Below, piece by piece: positions 28,087 through 38,803 of a DNA stretch of 64,000 bases (its first letter is position 1; every line of letters starts with the position of its first letter). The position numbers were made by a program, and so were the translations under genes. This DNA is from a virus (taxonomy: Duplodnaviria > Caudoviricetes). The DNA is taken from the IMG/VR virus record IMGVR_UViG_3300028888_000047, positions 32,001 to 96,000 of that record. One strand, given 5' to 3'. The notes beneath the pieces were generated by a model. That model made no database searches. It worked only from the letters and a program-made list of their open reading frames with translations, and was not told where the DNA came from.

Positions 28087-28596
28087 CTAATCGTTATTCC
28101 ACTTTTTAAGTTCTTCATTCAATGTGTCTATTGTATTTTTGGTGAATACCAGGAACTTATCCATCTTAATGGATTCGGACACATATTCTCCATTTTCGTT
28201 AACATAATAGGTAGTTCCCTTTGGGATTGAGCAAAGAGCTAATATTATATTTAATTTTGTATTATAATGCGCTATTACTCCTTTTGGGCTAAGTGGGGTT
28301 ACAAGTACCAAATTCACACCATTTGTAATTGCTCCTTGCATAAGTTGGCATTTGCATGAATATGAATGCATGCCGTGATATATTTCATAGATGTAGTGGT
28401 CACTGTACAATGGAATCAATGGGCGTGGTTTGTCAAAGTGGTCAGCATCATATGTTTTACCTTCCTCATAAAACTCCCTTGCTTTCTGGAAGTATGGCAA
28501 TGCGCCATAATTATAATATCTCAAGCAGATTTTATAGACGTGTAAATCCTTATCTGCTATATGTGGCTTAATACATTTTTTAGTTTCCCAACACAT
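28087..28596 (-). CDS. paralog family E (MCW ... G.HSY ... C.IPKGT.YY.N..GE.VS)
   Basis: Blocks shared by 4-5 ORFs. Confidence 0.85.
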   Translation of the reverse strand: MCWETKKCIKPHIADKDLHVYKICLRYYNYGALPYFQKAREFYEEGKTYDADHFDKPRPLIPLYSDHYIYEIYHGMHSYSCKCQLMQGAITNGVNLVLVTPLSPKGVIAHYNTKLNIILALCSIPKGTTYYVNENGEYVSESIKMDKFLVFTKNTIDTLNEELKKWNND

Positions 28597-28731
28597 AGTT
28601 AATATCTCCTTTATTTTGTTATGGCTGAAAGATAGTAATATTCTGTGAGAAAAACAAATATATTTGGTTAAATAAAGTTAAAAGGTGAAAGATTGCTATC
28701 CTTCACCATTTTTTGCCCATATTAGTTTTTA

Positions 28732-29031
28732 CTACCAATCTATTGTTATAGTTTTTTCTGGAGAGATATTAGTTCTTGTGATATACACCTTATAGAATTT
28801 CTTTTCGTACTGAGTTTTAATATACTCTTCTACGGTAGACTTAACTGTATTGTTTGAAATCTTTATAAAGGTATTAATAAGGCTGCTTAAATCAAATGAT
28901 ATACTAAGCATACCACTTTTTGCTGTTTCTTCAATACGCCTATCTACGTATTCAATTAATTCATTAAGGCTTTCTTCATACGTTGTATTTATTGTACTAA
29001 AAGCCAGTTCTCTTGCTTTTTGTGCTACCAT
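28732..29031 (-). CDS. hypothetical protein, paralog of 13060..13365
   Basis: Start moved to MVAQKARE. Confidence 0.75.
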   Translation of the reverse strand: MVAQKARELAFSTINTTYEESLNELIEYVDRRIEETAKSGMLSISFDLSSLINTFIKISNNTVKSTVEEYIKTQYEKKFYKVYITRTNISPEKTITIDW

Positions 29032-29035
29032 ATTA

Positions 29036-30674
29036 TTATTTCTTTTTTCTTTTAAAGAAAGCCTTTTTTTCGTCCTCGAAAAATATATCTTCAACTGTGA
29101 TTAAGCCATCGCAATCTTGCAAGGTATTTTCATCTTTCCAGGCTTTTATTTTAAACGCTGTCATTGTATTTCCTGAGCAGTTGACTATATCTTCTGGTTT
29201 AATGTTCAGTGTTTTATCTTGTTCATTAACCCATTTGGTAATCATATCCATTATATCAGTCATTTTTGCTTTTGCTTTATCCAATGAATGATAGTAGAAT
29301 GGCCCCCAGGTAAGCATAGTTTTATCGGGGTAGATGATATTACCTTCAGCTTTAAAATATCTATTCATTTATATAATATTTTAGAATATCTTCAAAATTC
29401 TTTTTTGTCTTATGTCCAAAATCATCTTCATTAATTACGCTATCTCCTGACCACATTGATTTTACCGAAACCATACGTTTTTTACCAGAATTATAAGTAA
29501 TGAATTTTCCAATTTCAAACATAATTAAATTTGGTCTGAAATCTTGTGGTGTTTCTTGATTAGATACGTATAATGAAATATTATTTCTTTTATAATATGC
29601 GTGTATTAAAGCACCTTTATGTCCTTCTTTCTTATATCTAATAAAGCCACAACTGATTAAGAAATCATGCACCTTTTCAAAGTAATCATCAAGATATACA
29701 GGTAGATATTGTATGGTTGTGCGTAATTTTGTTAGTTCTTCATCAGTTAAGCCATAATAATGGTCTTGTCTAAATAGCCTTTCATACACAATCTCTGGAC
29801 GTTCCCCATATCTACAATTAAATGGAGATTCATATATATAGCCATTATTGTCTAATGGTTTACCATAAGGCAAACTATTTACGTAATCATTAACATTATT
29901 AAAATAAGGTACGTTCATATTATGTATCTTTTATTTCCTCATATGTTTCTTCATCATAGCCAAAGAATCCAAGTGGGTCTTCCATTGGTTCTCCAGCGAT
30001 ATTCTCATATGCTTCTTTGGCAGCGTTTATTGAATCTTCAATTGTTGCTCCCATATCGAAGAACTTATGATATTCATAATCTGCTGCTTTTTCTGCTGCA
30101 ATTTTTGTTGACTTATCCATTGTTATTGATGATTTTCGTTAATGTATTACAAATATTCTGGTAATAATTTGGTTACGTTATATCTATCTACTGACATTCT
30201 TATTGGTTTTTTAAAGAATTTAATTTGTTCTTTTTTCTTTAGTTTGTAGTGTGGCAGATTACAATAGTAGTGGTCGTTATATTCAACTTGAACCTTTATA
30301 TGTCCTGTCCATTTTTCAGTAAACCCAGTTACAGTTCCTTTTCTATAACTTGAATTACCTGATGATAATACTACCACTTCATCGCCAATTGACAGTTCAT
30401 TGCCAACGCAATCTTCTACTTTTATGTTATTCATTGCTTATTTTATATAATGTATGTATTCAGGGTCAATTTCATAACAGTTATTCGCTAAGGCTGTATA
30501 GTCATCAAGATACTGAAATTCAATTGCATCTTTATCTATTAGATGTATGAATCTAAGAATATCACCGTCTAGGTCTATTGCATCGCCATTATTTAAATTA
30601 ACCAATCTTGCTTCTTCATTTTGCAGCGCCTCATCTTGTGAAAGGATAAATTCTGCCAGTTCTTTAAACGTCAT
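29036..30674 (-). other. run of five coupled hypothetical genes (29036, 29361, 29920, 30147, 30438)
   Basis: Contiguous minus-strand ORFs of 66-185 aa; 30147 has D..GNELSIGD.V motif. Confidence 0.65.
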
Positions 30675-31149
30675 GTAATTTAAAACTTATTATTTTGTCA
30701 TTGATTTCTTTTATATTATCGTATGCGACTCTTGATTTAATAACTTTGTTTATTACTATACAATTTGAAACTATTTCGCCTTCATCATTTATATAGTATT
30801 TAGAGCCTTTTGGAATTGTGCATAGAACGATACGTGCATTTACTCCTTCATATGTAGATAATGATTTAAGTACCACGAATGAATCGCATCCACAATAAGT
30901 ATCTTCATCTATTGACTCATTATATATTTTATATGAGTGCAACCCTGAATCTATTTTAATATAGTCAGAGCCTGTATATGTGACTCCAAATGGGCTATAA
31001 TATGTTTCTCCTTCCTTATATATTTTTATATCGCCATTAATTTTATAATATGGCTTAATTTTTTTATCAGGAGTTATTCGGCAAACTTTAAACGTTTTAA
31101 TATCATTTTTCGCCGTGTGTTTATTTTCTATTTTTCCTCTCCAACACAT
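30664..31149 (-). CDS. paralog family E
   Basis: MCW, GLHSY, CTIPKGS.YY. Confidence 0.85.
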   Translation of the reverse strand: MCWRGKIENKHTAKNDIKTFKVCRITPDKKIKPYYKINGDIKIYKEGETYYSPFGVTYTGSDYIKIDSGLHSYKIYNESIDEDTYCGCDSFVVLKSLSTYEGVNARIVLCTIPKGSKYYINDEGEIVSNCIVINKVIKSRVAYDNIKEINDKIISFKLHDV

Positions 31150-31705
31150 AAGTCAATTTTCCTATTTCCCAGTTATCTAAAACCTTATTTACTCTTTCAA
31201 CACTTCTTTTGCTTACAGAACAATCCTTATTGTAGGTGAATGGTCTTATATATATTTTCACCACCTTAATAGAATCAGACACAATTTCTCCAACTGAGTT
31301 TACAGCATATCTTGTTCCTTTTGGAATTACGCATAACATAATAGCAGTGTTTTCTGTTCTGTAGTATTGCGGACGTGCTATTACGTCATGTGACAGTGTG
31401 GTTGTTTTATATGTGCCAACATAAATTGATGTAATGTCATCAGGAAATAATCTGAGATTTGCTGGCGAATATGAGTGCATTCCTCTGTCAACCATAAAGC
31501 CATCGGGCATTCCATAACTTATATTATTCTTAAAGGCAAAGCCACGACGGGAACACTCATATTCCTCATTTTCCTTATATTCAATTCGTTGAGTTTGGAA
31601 ATAAGGATGTACCTTATCAGTATTTTTCTCTACATTACAAATCTTAAATACAGGAACATCTTTGTTTGCAATAATTACGGATTTTTCTTTATTTCTCCAG
31701 CACAT
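31121..31705 (-). CDS. paralog family E
   Basis: Start moved to MCWRNK; GMHSY, CVIPKGT. Confidence 0.85.
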   Translation of the reverse strand: MCWRNKEKSVIIANKDVPVFKICNVEKNTDKVHPYFQTQRIEYKENEEYECSRRGFAFKNNISYGMPDGFMVDRGMHSYSPANLRLFPDDITSIYVGTYKTTTLSHDVIARPQYYRTENTAIMLCVIPKGTRYAVNSVGEIVSDSIKVVKIYIRPFTYNKDCSVSKRSVERVNKVLDNWEIGKLTYVLERKNRK

Positions 31706-31709
31706 ATTT

Positions 31710-32075
31710 TTAACATTTAGATATGAATATATAATCTTCAAGTAAAAGAGTAGTAAGCCTCAATCTGGTATCATCTATCTTCTTTGTATATTTTTCAATT
31801 AATCTTTCTTTAAGCTTTTTTACAGCCCATTTAATTCCGTCCTCATCCATGACGAAATAACTGCCATCGTCTCTTTTGTGAGAGGTATCTGTTGAATTTA
31901 ATGATAGTTTCCAGTGTGACCCACAGTAGTCAAGACATACTCGTGTAATCTTGCCATTTTTATAATGGCACACCTCAAGTATTTTATATGCTTCTACAGT
32001 TATTCTATCCCACTTATCCAAATAAACCCAGTAGAGTTTACCACCTACCGTTAAGTCTTCAAACAGTGTTGTCAT
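31710..32075 (-). CDS. paralog family G (F..L..GD.IY N-terminus, C-terminal coiled coil)
   Basis: TLFEDLTVGGKLYW. Confidence 0.7.
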   Translation of the reverse strand: MTTLFEDLTVGGKLYWVYLDKWDRITVEAYKILEVCHYKNGKITRVCLDYCGSHWKLSLNSTDTSHKRDDGSYFVMDEDGIKWAVKKLKERLIEKYTKKIDDTRLRLTTLLLEDYIFISKC

Positions 32076-32830
32076 TTTAGTTTCTTTTTGAGAGAATCAA
32101 TTTTAGAATACAGTTGCAATATCTTAGTATTTAAGTGAATTCTTTTCATTCGTAGTTTTGAGAGTTTGTCTATATCAACTATGAGATAGCTAAGTTCTCC
32201 AAGCCTCATATATTGTTCATCAGTCAATGCGTATGGATATGTTGAAGCATATTTGGTATCACCGGTCGATAATACGAGTTTTCCGTCAACTATTTGCATT
32301 GGGGTGAATGTTTGTGCTATAAACTTTACATCGACTTTTACAGCGCCAAAGAAGTTATATAACTCCTCCAGACCCATTGGAATTTGTTTTCCTATGATTT
32401 CGTTTAGCTTATTGGCTTTACGCTTATCAACTGGGAACCTAAAGATAGCATATAATGTTGTTTTTTCCAACTGTCTTTTAAGCACATTAAGTTCTTCTTT
32501 TGCTTTATCAATCTTATCCTGTACTGACTTGTTCTCGAATACCTTACTATTTAGTTCCTTTCCACAGAAGGGGCAGTATTTGATTTTGATGCAGGCTGCT
32601 TTACCTCTATTTGCACCTTGGCCATCGCAATCAAGTCCCATATCTTCATAATAGCAATCAGAGCGTGAGCGATAGTTTCCCCCTGCTGACATCATAAGCA
32701 TATTGCCTTTCATTACAAGTGAACTTGCTACCATTACTCCCTGGTATTGGCCATAGTAGACATTCATTGAACTACGATTGTCGTAGTGCATAAGTTGATG
32801 GTCTTTATTATTATTGCAATACTGACACAT
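32072..32830 (-). CDS. zinc-binding protein (MC.YC ... IKYCPFCGKEL) with coiled-coil extension
   Basis: 252 aa. Confidence 0.75.
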   Translation of the reverse strand: MCQYCNNNKDHQLMHYDNRSSMNVYYGQYQGVMVASSLVMKGNMLMMSAGGNYRSRSDCYYEDMGLDCDGQGANRGKAACIKIKYCPFCGKELNSKVFENKSVQDKIDKAKEELNVLKRQLEKTTLYAIFRFPVDKRKANKLNEIIGKQIPMGLEELYNFFGAVKVDVKFIAQTFTPMQIVDGKLVLSTGDTKYASTYPYALTDEQYMRLGELSYLIVDIDKLSKLRMKRIHLNTKILQLYSKIDSLKKKLK

Positions 32831-32862
32831 AAATTAAAATCCCGCTTTTTTAAGTTTATTCT

Positions 32863-33882
32863 TTAGCCATTTTCTTTTTCTCTTAGAGTTTGCACATATT
32901 CCTTAATGTCTTGCAAGAGTTTCTTCTTATAATTCATATCGAAATATGCCGGTCTTAAACTGTTGTTGAACGGTATATAAGAGAAAACGTATTTCTCAGA
33001 AGCTTCAATATTTTTAATATTCGATTCAACAATGCTAAGAATGTATTTTGCATTTCTCAACTTTGTTCTGATGACAAGTTTGTCCTTGTCGGCATAGTGG
33101 AATAAGAATGGATAGGAACTATTACACTCTTCTTCGATAAGCACTGTGCCATTAGACAGTTTAGCAATATTTGGCTTAATAAAACTTTTAACACTTACAG
33201 TGAAATCCTCGTCAATTTCGTCAACTGAAAGGGTGCTACCGTAACGCTTTGTATCAAGTTTAATGAGAATGTCATTTTCCTTAATTTTACTGGGCCTAAC
33301 TTGTGCTTTAACAAGTTGTGAATAATCGGTCATTTGACAGCCAAACGATTCATGATATACCTTTTTTAGATTGGTAATTTCATGTTCCAAAATCACTTGT
33401 AGTTCTCTATATTCTTTTAGGCACTTTGGAACTAGTGCCTTAAGTTTCTGCAAGCCATTATATGCATATGTTGCGGCATCATCTTTTGAAGAGAACTCCT
33501 TATAGTAGTATGGCGTAGATGCAGCACGTGTCTGTTTACAATAGAACGTGTTTTTCTCAACGATATATCTAGTTTTTCTTGTTTTCTTAGCTTTTTCCTT
33601 ACTTGTAATATATTCTGCATAGGCTTTAGCAAAACGCTTATAGTCGAGGAAACATTTTAACTTACGTTCAAGAGTCATAGTTCTGGCGTTTCCTTCGAAG
33701 CCGCAACAGGTTTTGTATATTACACCATTAATGCTATACATAGTGTATGGGCTTACAGCAGACTTACCTAATATGTCTCCTATGAAGATAGCGCCATTGC
33801 TTGTATTATAACAATAGAATTGGTTAATTCCAATATCTTCTGGAACAGTGTCAAATGTATATGGTTTTACTATTGTATTCAT
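32863..33882 (-). CDS. hypothetical protein
   Basis: 339-aa ORF. Confidence 0.75.
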   Translation of the reverse strand: MNTIVKPYTFDTVPEDIGINQFYCYNTSNGAIFIGDILGKSAVSPYTMYSINGVIYKTCCGFEGNARTMTLERKLKCFLDYKRFAKAYAEYITSKEKAKKTRKTRYIVEKNTFYCKQTRAASTPYYYKEFSSKDDAATYAYNGLQKLKALVPKCLKEYRELQVILEHEITNLKKVYHESFGCQMTDYSQLVKAQVRPSKIKENDILIKLDTKRYGSTLSVDEIDEDFTVSVKSFIKPNIAKLSNGTVLIEEECNSSYPFLFHYADKDKLVIRTKLRNAKYILSIVESNIKNIEASEKYVFSYIPFNNSLRPAYFDMNYKKKLLQDIKEYVQTLREKENG

Positions 33883-33895
33883 TTCTTTTTTTTAA

Positions 33896-34132
33896 TTATT
33901 TTAAGCATAATATTATAATATCTACTATGAACATTATTGGCAGCATAAACTTAGCATTGTAAACAGCACTCTTAGCCGTCTCTTCTATTGCGAGTTTTAC
34001 TATTGCCAAACTAGTATAATATCTATATGATGGCTCGTGAGAATAATAATATATCCTCAAAGGTATTCCTGTGACAAAATATCCAATAAAGAATATTATT
34101 GTCGTTATTGTGCCGGTAAAATTTTTTGCCAT
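33896..34132 (-). CDS. two-TM membrane protein, paralog of 39291..39536
   Basis: Y..Y..LAI...AI..A..K....P..FI.D.II..K. Confidence 0.7.
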   Translation of the reverse strand: MAKNFTGTITTIIFFIGYFVTGIPLRIYYYSHEPSYRYYTSLAIVKLAIEETAKSAVYNAKFMLPIMFIVDIIILCLK

Positions 34133-34140
34133 ATTATTAT

Positions 34141-34773
34141 TTATCCGTAATGTATTGTACCATTTGGAAATTGTTTAAAGAATTCATTTACAATTGTTAT
34201 TGCATCTTCTAATGTTATTATTTCTCCTTTTTTATTTTTTATATTATTTCCTTCTTTTATATATTGTTGTAGGAATGTTATTGCTTCTTGTGGGTTATGA
34301 TGTGTAATTCCAGGGTATATTGTAATTATATAGTTATTGTGCCACCCCAATCCTTGTAGAAGGTATGAGCCTTTATTTGTTTTATTATCATAGTCAAATG
34401 AAAGGTCATGTCTTTTAAAGATATTGAATAGATGTTTTTTATTTATCAGTTCATTAGCTTTTTTATATATTTCCAATGCATTCAGGTCATTTATATATTT
34501 TTGTTTTGCTTTTTCATAATATTCTTTTGTTGATATTTTTTTGATATGTTCTATTTCAAGTTGGCATAATGGGTTTAATTCTTTTTCCACATCTGTATAT
34601 TGTTGGTTTAATTCTTTTAATTCTTCTTCACAGCCTTTTTTCCATTGTTCGAATGTTGTATTGCAGATATATGCTTTTTTTAATTGTTTTATATATTTGT
34701 TTATTAACTTAGAGATATGTTGTTTGGGCATATCTCTAATAATATTTCTGAAGTATGTATTTATTTTTTTCAT
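34141..34773 (-). CDS. hypothetical protein
   Basis: 210 aa ending FF..FPNG.I..G. Confidence 0.75.
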   Translation of the reverse strand: MKKINTYFRNIIRDMPKQHISKLINKYIKQLKKAYICNTTFEQWKKGCEEELKELNQQYTDVEKELNPLCQLEIEHIKKISTKEYYEKAKQKYINDLNALEIYKKANELINKKHLFNIFKRHDLSFDYDNKTNKGSYLLQGLGWHNNYIITIYPGITHHNPQEAITFLQQYIKEGNNIKNKKGEIITLEDAITIVNEFFKQFPNGTIHYG

Positions 34774-34815
34774 AGTTTTTTATTTAGAAGTTTTATTAGG
34801 CTATTATTATTCCTG

Positions 34816-35268
34816 TCATCGTGGTAGGATGGGATATTTTCTAATAAACTTATTTACTCGTCTATGGTATTTCTTTGAGTTAAAGAAGTATAGAACTTTA
34901 TATTTTTTATCGTAGACGAATCCGAAGTATGGTTTTTCGTGATAAAGTGTCAATCTGCTATCTGTATCTTTAACTGTATATTCGATGATTATTTGTTGGC
35001 TTGTTATGATAGCTTTTGTATGGTCTTCGTTGAATTTGACTGCGAAGTCGGGGTCATTTTCAACTTTTACCATATAATAGTCTCCGCCTAGTACGATAAC
35101 ATCTTTTTCTTTAAGTTCGTCTTCAGAGTAAACGTATCTCATTTCGATGGGATAGTTTTGAAGTTCTGTGTACTGTGCCATGCCAGGGATATGCCTAACC
35201 TTCATTGGTTGTGCTGTAATTGCTGTAGTAAGCATAAGCAGCGTGATAAGTGAAATAAACTTTTTCAT
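34816..35268 (-). CDS. secreted/periplasmic protein
   Basis: Signal peptide MKKFISLITLLMLTTAITAQ. Confidence 0.7.
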   Translation of the reverse strand: MKKFISLITLLMLTTAITAQPMKVRHIPGMAQYTELQNYPIEMRYVYSEDELKEKDVIVLGGDYYMVKVENDPDFAVKFNEDHTKAIITSQQIIIEYTVKDTDSRLTLYHEKPYFGFVYDKKYKVLYFFNSKKYHRRVNKFIRKYPILPR

Positions 35269-35304
35269 AATGTTTTTTATTTTTTCGTAACCCATGTTTG
35301 TTTA

Positions 35305-35778
35305 TTATAGTTTTTCAAACTTAATTAATCTATTTGCTGGAAGTTTTTTTATTTCTTCGTTTACCATTAATTTTTCTGAGACTATTTCTCCATTCTCATT
35401 TTCATAATATGTTGTATTTGCTGGGATTGTGCATTTAACAACCACATATGGTAAATTATCTTTTTTTATGTTAATAAAATAATTAATATCCATTTTGGTT
35501 GGCGAATCTATTAAAAGCACCTCATAATTTTTTGTTTTATATATTTTGCGACGAATGCGGCAATTTGCGCTATATGAATGGTATCCGGCGTTAATCATCA
35601 ATTTATCCTCAAAAAGAAGGTGTGCTTTTATTTTGATTTCATAAGTGGTTCCGATGGTATAATCGTGCATATTATAATATGGGCCGCGCAGAACACCACC
35701 TTTTTTTGACATTATCTTATAAACCGTAATCGGTTTATCAGATTTTTTTAAGTTTACTTTTTTACCTATCCAACACAT
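35305..35778 (-). CDS. paralog family E
   Basis: MCW, GYHSY, CTIPANT.YYEN..GEIVS. Confidence 0.85.
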   Translation of the reverse strand: MCWIGKKVNLKKSDKPITVYKIMSKKGGVLRGPYYNMHDYTIGTTYEIKIKAHLLFEDKLMINAGYHSYSANCRIRRKIYKTKNYEVLLIDSPTKMDINYFINIKKDNLPYVVVKCTIPANTTYYENENGEIVSEKLMVNEEIKKLPANRLIKFEKL

Positions 35779-35896
35779 ATTATTTTATTGTTTTATTATT
35801 GATATAGCAAAGATAAGCATAATTTTTGTATTATGCAAAATTTTTGTGTTAAATAATGTTAATATGTGGTGGGAAAATAAAAAAAGGATAAGGTTT

Positions 35897-36211
35897 TTAT
35901 TTCCTTATCCTTTGGTTATTGCTTTTTTGTTGTTCTTTTTCTTCTATTGCTTGTATTCTATCGTCTATTGATGTTTTAAAGCTTATCATTTCTCCTTTCA
36001 CGAAGGCTGTTATTCCGAAGTATGCCAATCCTGCTCCGAGGAATGCTATTCCTGCTGATATGATTGGATAGTGTATTGTTAGTGTCACAATAAATGCCAC
36101 GAAATAGAGAATTATTGCAGCGAATGTCAGTGCAGTGCCGTTAACTATTTGCATTTTCTCTCTTATTCCTATTTCTTTCCATTTTCCGCTATATGCTATA
36201 CGTGTTGCCAT
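35897..36211 (-). CDS. holin-like two-TM protein
   Basis: Two hydrophobic helices, charged C-tail, AGATATTTAT upstream instead of the early promoter. Confidence 0.55.
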   Translation of the reverse strand: MATRIAYSGKWKEIGIREKMQIVNGTALTFAAIILYFVAFIVTLTIHYPIISAGIAFLGAGLAYFGITAFVKGEMISFKTSIDDRIQAIEEKEQQKSNNQRIRK

Positions 36212-36303
36212 AGTTGTATTTGTTTTTCTCCTTTTTCTATATATAAATATCTGGTATTTTATATTTATTGTTAAAATAATAATTAATTAGACATATAATA
36301 AAT

Positions 36304-37455
36304 ATGGGTTGGTTTATAAAAAGAAAGCGTGATGGTTATGAATACTACAATAACCCTTCCAATTATGATGAAACATTTAACTATGATTTTCCTGAAAACG
36401 AAAGTAGTGAGGATGAAAAATACGAGGTAAAATATGTAAGTCAAGATGGTTGTACAGCTACTACTGAAGTAACTGTTAAGAGTTGTGAAACTCCTCCTCC
36501 TACTCCTGTTGTTACGTGTAGATTATATGTAGATGTAACAAGTGAAGATGAAGGATATATTAGTTGTGAGGCGGGTTCTTATGATTTACCATTTGAATAT
36601 TCAGCATTTACGTCTACAGATGGTGTTGAAGTATTAACCGAATCAGGGGAAGGTAATGGTACTGTTGTCGTGGGCAGTGGTGGTGAGAATTGTAGCAGTG
36701 AAGACGATAGATATATTAATATCACCAACATTGATAATCCTGACATTGTATTAACTTCCATTATTCCTTATGGTGGCGGAAAAAACATTTTGGATAAATA
36801 TAGTGATTGCGAAATAAATGACTGCTATATTATTCAATCAGGTGGCGGTAGTGACCCTAATATTATAAAGAGTTGTAATGACATTACATTCAAATCTGAC
36901 ATATTTTATAACGCCCAAGGTGTTTATGTGTGGGATGGCACTGGCTCAATAAGAAAAGAAAAAAATTTTGGTAATATTCAACCTATGTTTAGAGGAAATG
37001 TATGTGAATGCGAAGGTGATGCAAAGCTTGAGTTTGTAATAAATTGTACTAATCCTTATTATGGAGAAGATGGAAATTGGTGGATTAATTGCGACTGTTA
37101 TGAAACTCCTGGCCCGCAACAAGGATGCCAAAAAGGAACAAGTGGAACAACTACAGAAACAGGAGCAGAAATTTTTGGAGTAGGTATTCAAGGGACTACA
37201 TTAGTGAAAGAAACCGGAGAGTGTTATCTAGCGGCTTATAACATTACACCTAATAGCGTTGGGTTATATTATGGAGATAATAGAAATGGGATGGTATTTA
37301 ATAATTGTTGTCCGCCTAAGACAGCAACTTGCGAGGATAAGGTTGGAATTAGTTTAACTATGGAATTTAATATTTATAAAAATCAAGAAACCAAAACGGG
37401 TGAAACTATTAAATGCCGTTTTGAGATATACGCTGATTTAAATGAATCTAAATAA
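36304..37455 (+). CDS. acidic Cys/Gly/Thr-rich protein, candidate virion surface protein
   Basis: 383 aa, PPPTP linker, many Cys; isolated plus-strand gene. Confidence 0.6.
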   Translation: MGWFIKRKRDGYEYYNNPSNYDETFNYDFPENESSEDEKYEVKYVSQDGCTATTEVTVKSCETPPPTPVVTCRLYVDVTSEDEGYISCEAGSYDLPFEYSAFTSTDGVEVLTESGEGNGTVVVGSGGENCSSEDDRYINITNIDNPDIVLTSIIPYGGGKNILDKYSDCEINDCYIIQSGGGSDPNIIKSCNDITFKSDIFYNAQGVYVWDGTGSIRKEKNFGNIQPMFRGNVCECEGDAKLEFVINCTNPYYGEDGNWWINCDCYETPGPQQGCQKGTSGTTTETGAEIFGVGIQGTTLVKETGECYLAAYNITPNSVGLYYGDNRNGMVFNNCCPPKTATCEDKVGISLTMEFNIYKNQETKTGETIKCRFEIYADLNESK

Positions 37456-37460
37456 ACAAT

Positions 37461-37491
37461 AAAAGGATGGGGATTATTCCTCATCCTTTTT
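37461..37491. terminator. bidirectional intrinsic terminator
   Basis: AAAAGGATGGGGA-TTAT-TCCTCATCCTTTT. Confidence 0.8.
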
Positions 37492-37531
37492 CTTTCAGAT
37501 ACATTTGTGCTCCTTCTATTATTTTATGGCT

Positions 37532-37587
37532 CAAAGATAATAAAAAAACGTGGAATAACCAAATATTCCACGTTAAATTTTGTTAAA
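37532..37587 (-). promoter_or_regulatory. fused terminator-promoter module
   Basis: AACGTGGAATA-ACCAAA-TATTCCACGTT next to CAAAGATA; points directly into the terminator at 37461. Confidence 0.8.
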
Positions 37588-37908
37588 TTTATTAATAGTT
37601 TCCTTTAAGCGTTCTAAAGAGGTTTCATTAGCCAATACATCTTCTGCTGTCATACGCCCCACTGAATAAAAAATATCTTCCCACATTTGTGGGTGAGAAG
37701 TTGTTTCCCATGAAAAACTATAATTTATTATATCTCCAAATAACCAGTAATTTGTAACGGGATAAAAAATTGTTTTTAATGTAATTGACTTATATGTAAT
37801 TCTAGAATAGTATTTTCTCTCTGTTAGCCATAAACTATATATTCCTAACTCTTTTAAGAGTCTTTTAAAATTATTAATTTTTTTATTTTCTAATACTCCC
37901 ATCCGCAT
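37573..37908 (-). CDS. paralog family H (F.RFLKE.G.Y ... SF.W..T....W)
   Basis: Motif shared with 38453, 42477, 44822, 45130, 51916. Confidence 0.75.
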   Translation of the reverse strand: MRMGVLENKKINNFKRLLKELGIYSLWLTERKYYSRITYKSITLKTIFYPVTNYWLFGDIINYSFSWETTSHPQMWEDIFYSVGRMTAEDVLANETSLERLKETINKFNKI

Positions 37909-38452
37909 AGTGGTTTCTTTCCTTGTTTATATCCTATATCGTCTTCGTCTATATGTTTATTTTTAATCCTCAGGTATTTATTCACTTGTTTTTTAAGCCA
38001 CTTACGTGAATGTGAAAGTTTTCTCCAAGGATTTTTCATATCGCCAGATTTATTCCACCAATATTCAAAGTGTTCTATTTGTTCTCTAGTCAGTGCCATT
38101 TTCAAGTATATTTAAAGCAACTATATACTTTTTGACCACAATTTATTTCTTTTTTGGCAATCGTTTCATCGCCACAAACTTCTCAATATCCCTTTTAAGT
38201 TCGTGGAAGAATCTTTTTTGTGGTAATTTACAGGAATCAAATACATTGTTTAATTCAACAACCTCTTCATATGACAAATTAAGGATGTCATAATTGTCAT
38301 GCAGCTCATCAAAAAACGCTTTCATGTTTATTTTTTATTTGAATAATTTTGCTCGACTGATTTTTCTTTTGATTGAAGTTCAAAAAGTTCAGAATAGTCT
38401 GTAATTGGCGTGGCAAAGAAATTAACCACATAGTAATGCAAATTATCTTTTT

Positions 38453-38803
38453 TCATGTGTTAATATTATGAGTTTCTTTATCTATATTTAAACGTTTGCC
38501 GATGCCATATTCATTAATTATTTTATAGTCACGATGAAAAGTTGAAATATATTGTCTAAATAATTTAGAGATGGTTTCAGGTAAACAATAATGGCATTTT
38601 GTTCTCAAGAAGTTAGTAAAGTCAACTCTTCCGAAAATATTATCAATTGTTGCTAAATTCTTAAACCAATCTTTCCTATTAACACCGCCAACTAATAACG
38701 GTTTATCTGAGTCTATATATTGTTTCCATTGCCCATAAAGACCCAATTCTTTTAAAAACCTTGATGCTATTTTTTTGCACCTCAATTCTTCTTCATATGT
38801 CAT
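38453..38803 (-). CDS. paralog family H
   Basis: RFLKELGLY. Confidence 0.7.
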   Translation of the reverse strand: MTYEEELRCKKIASRFLKELGLYGQWKQYIDSDKPLLVGGVNRKDWFKNLATIDNIFGRVDFTNFLRTKCHYCLPETISKLFRQYISTFHRDYKIINEYGIGKRLNIDKETHNINT

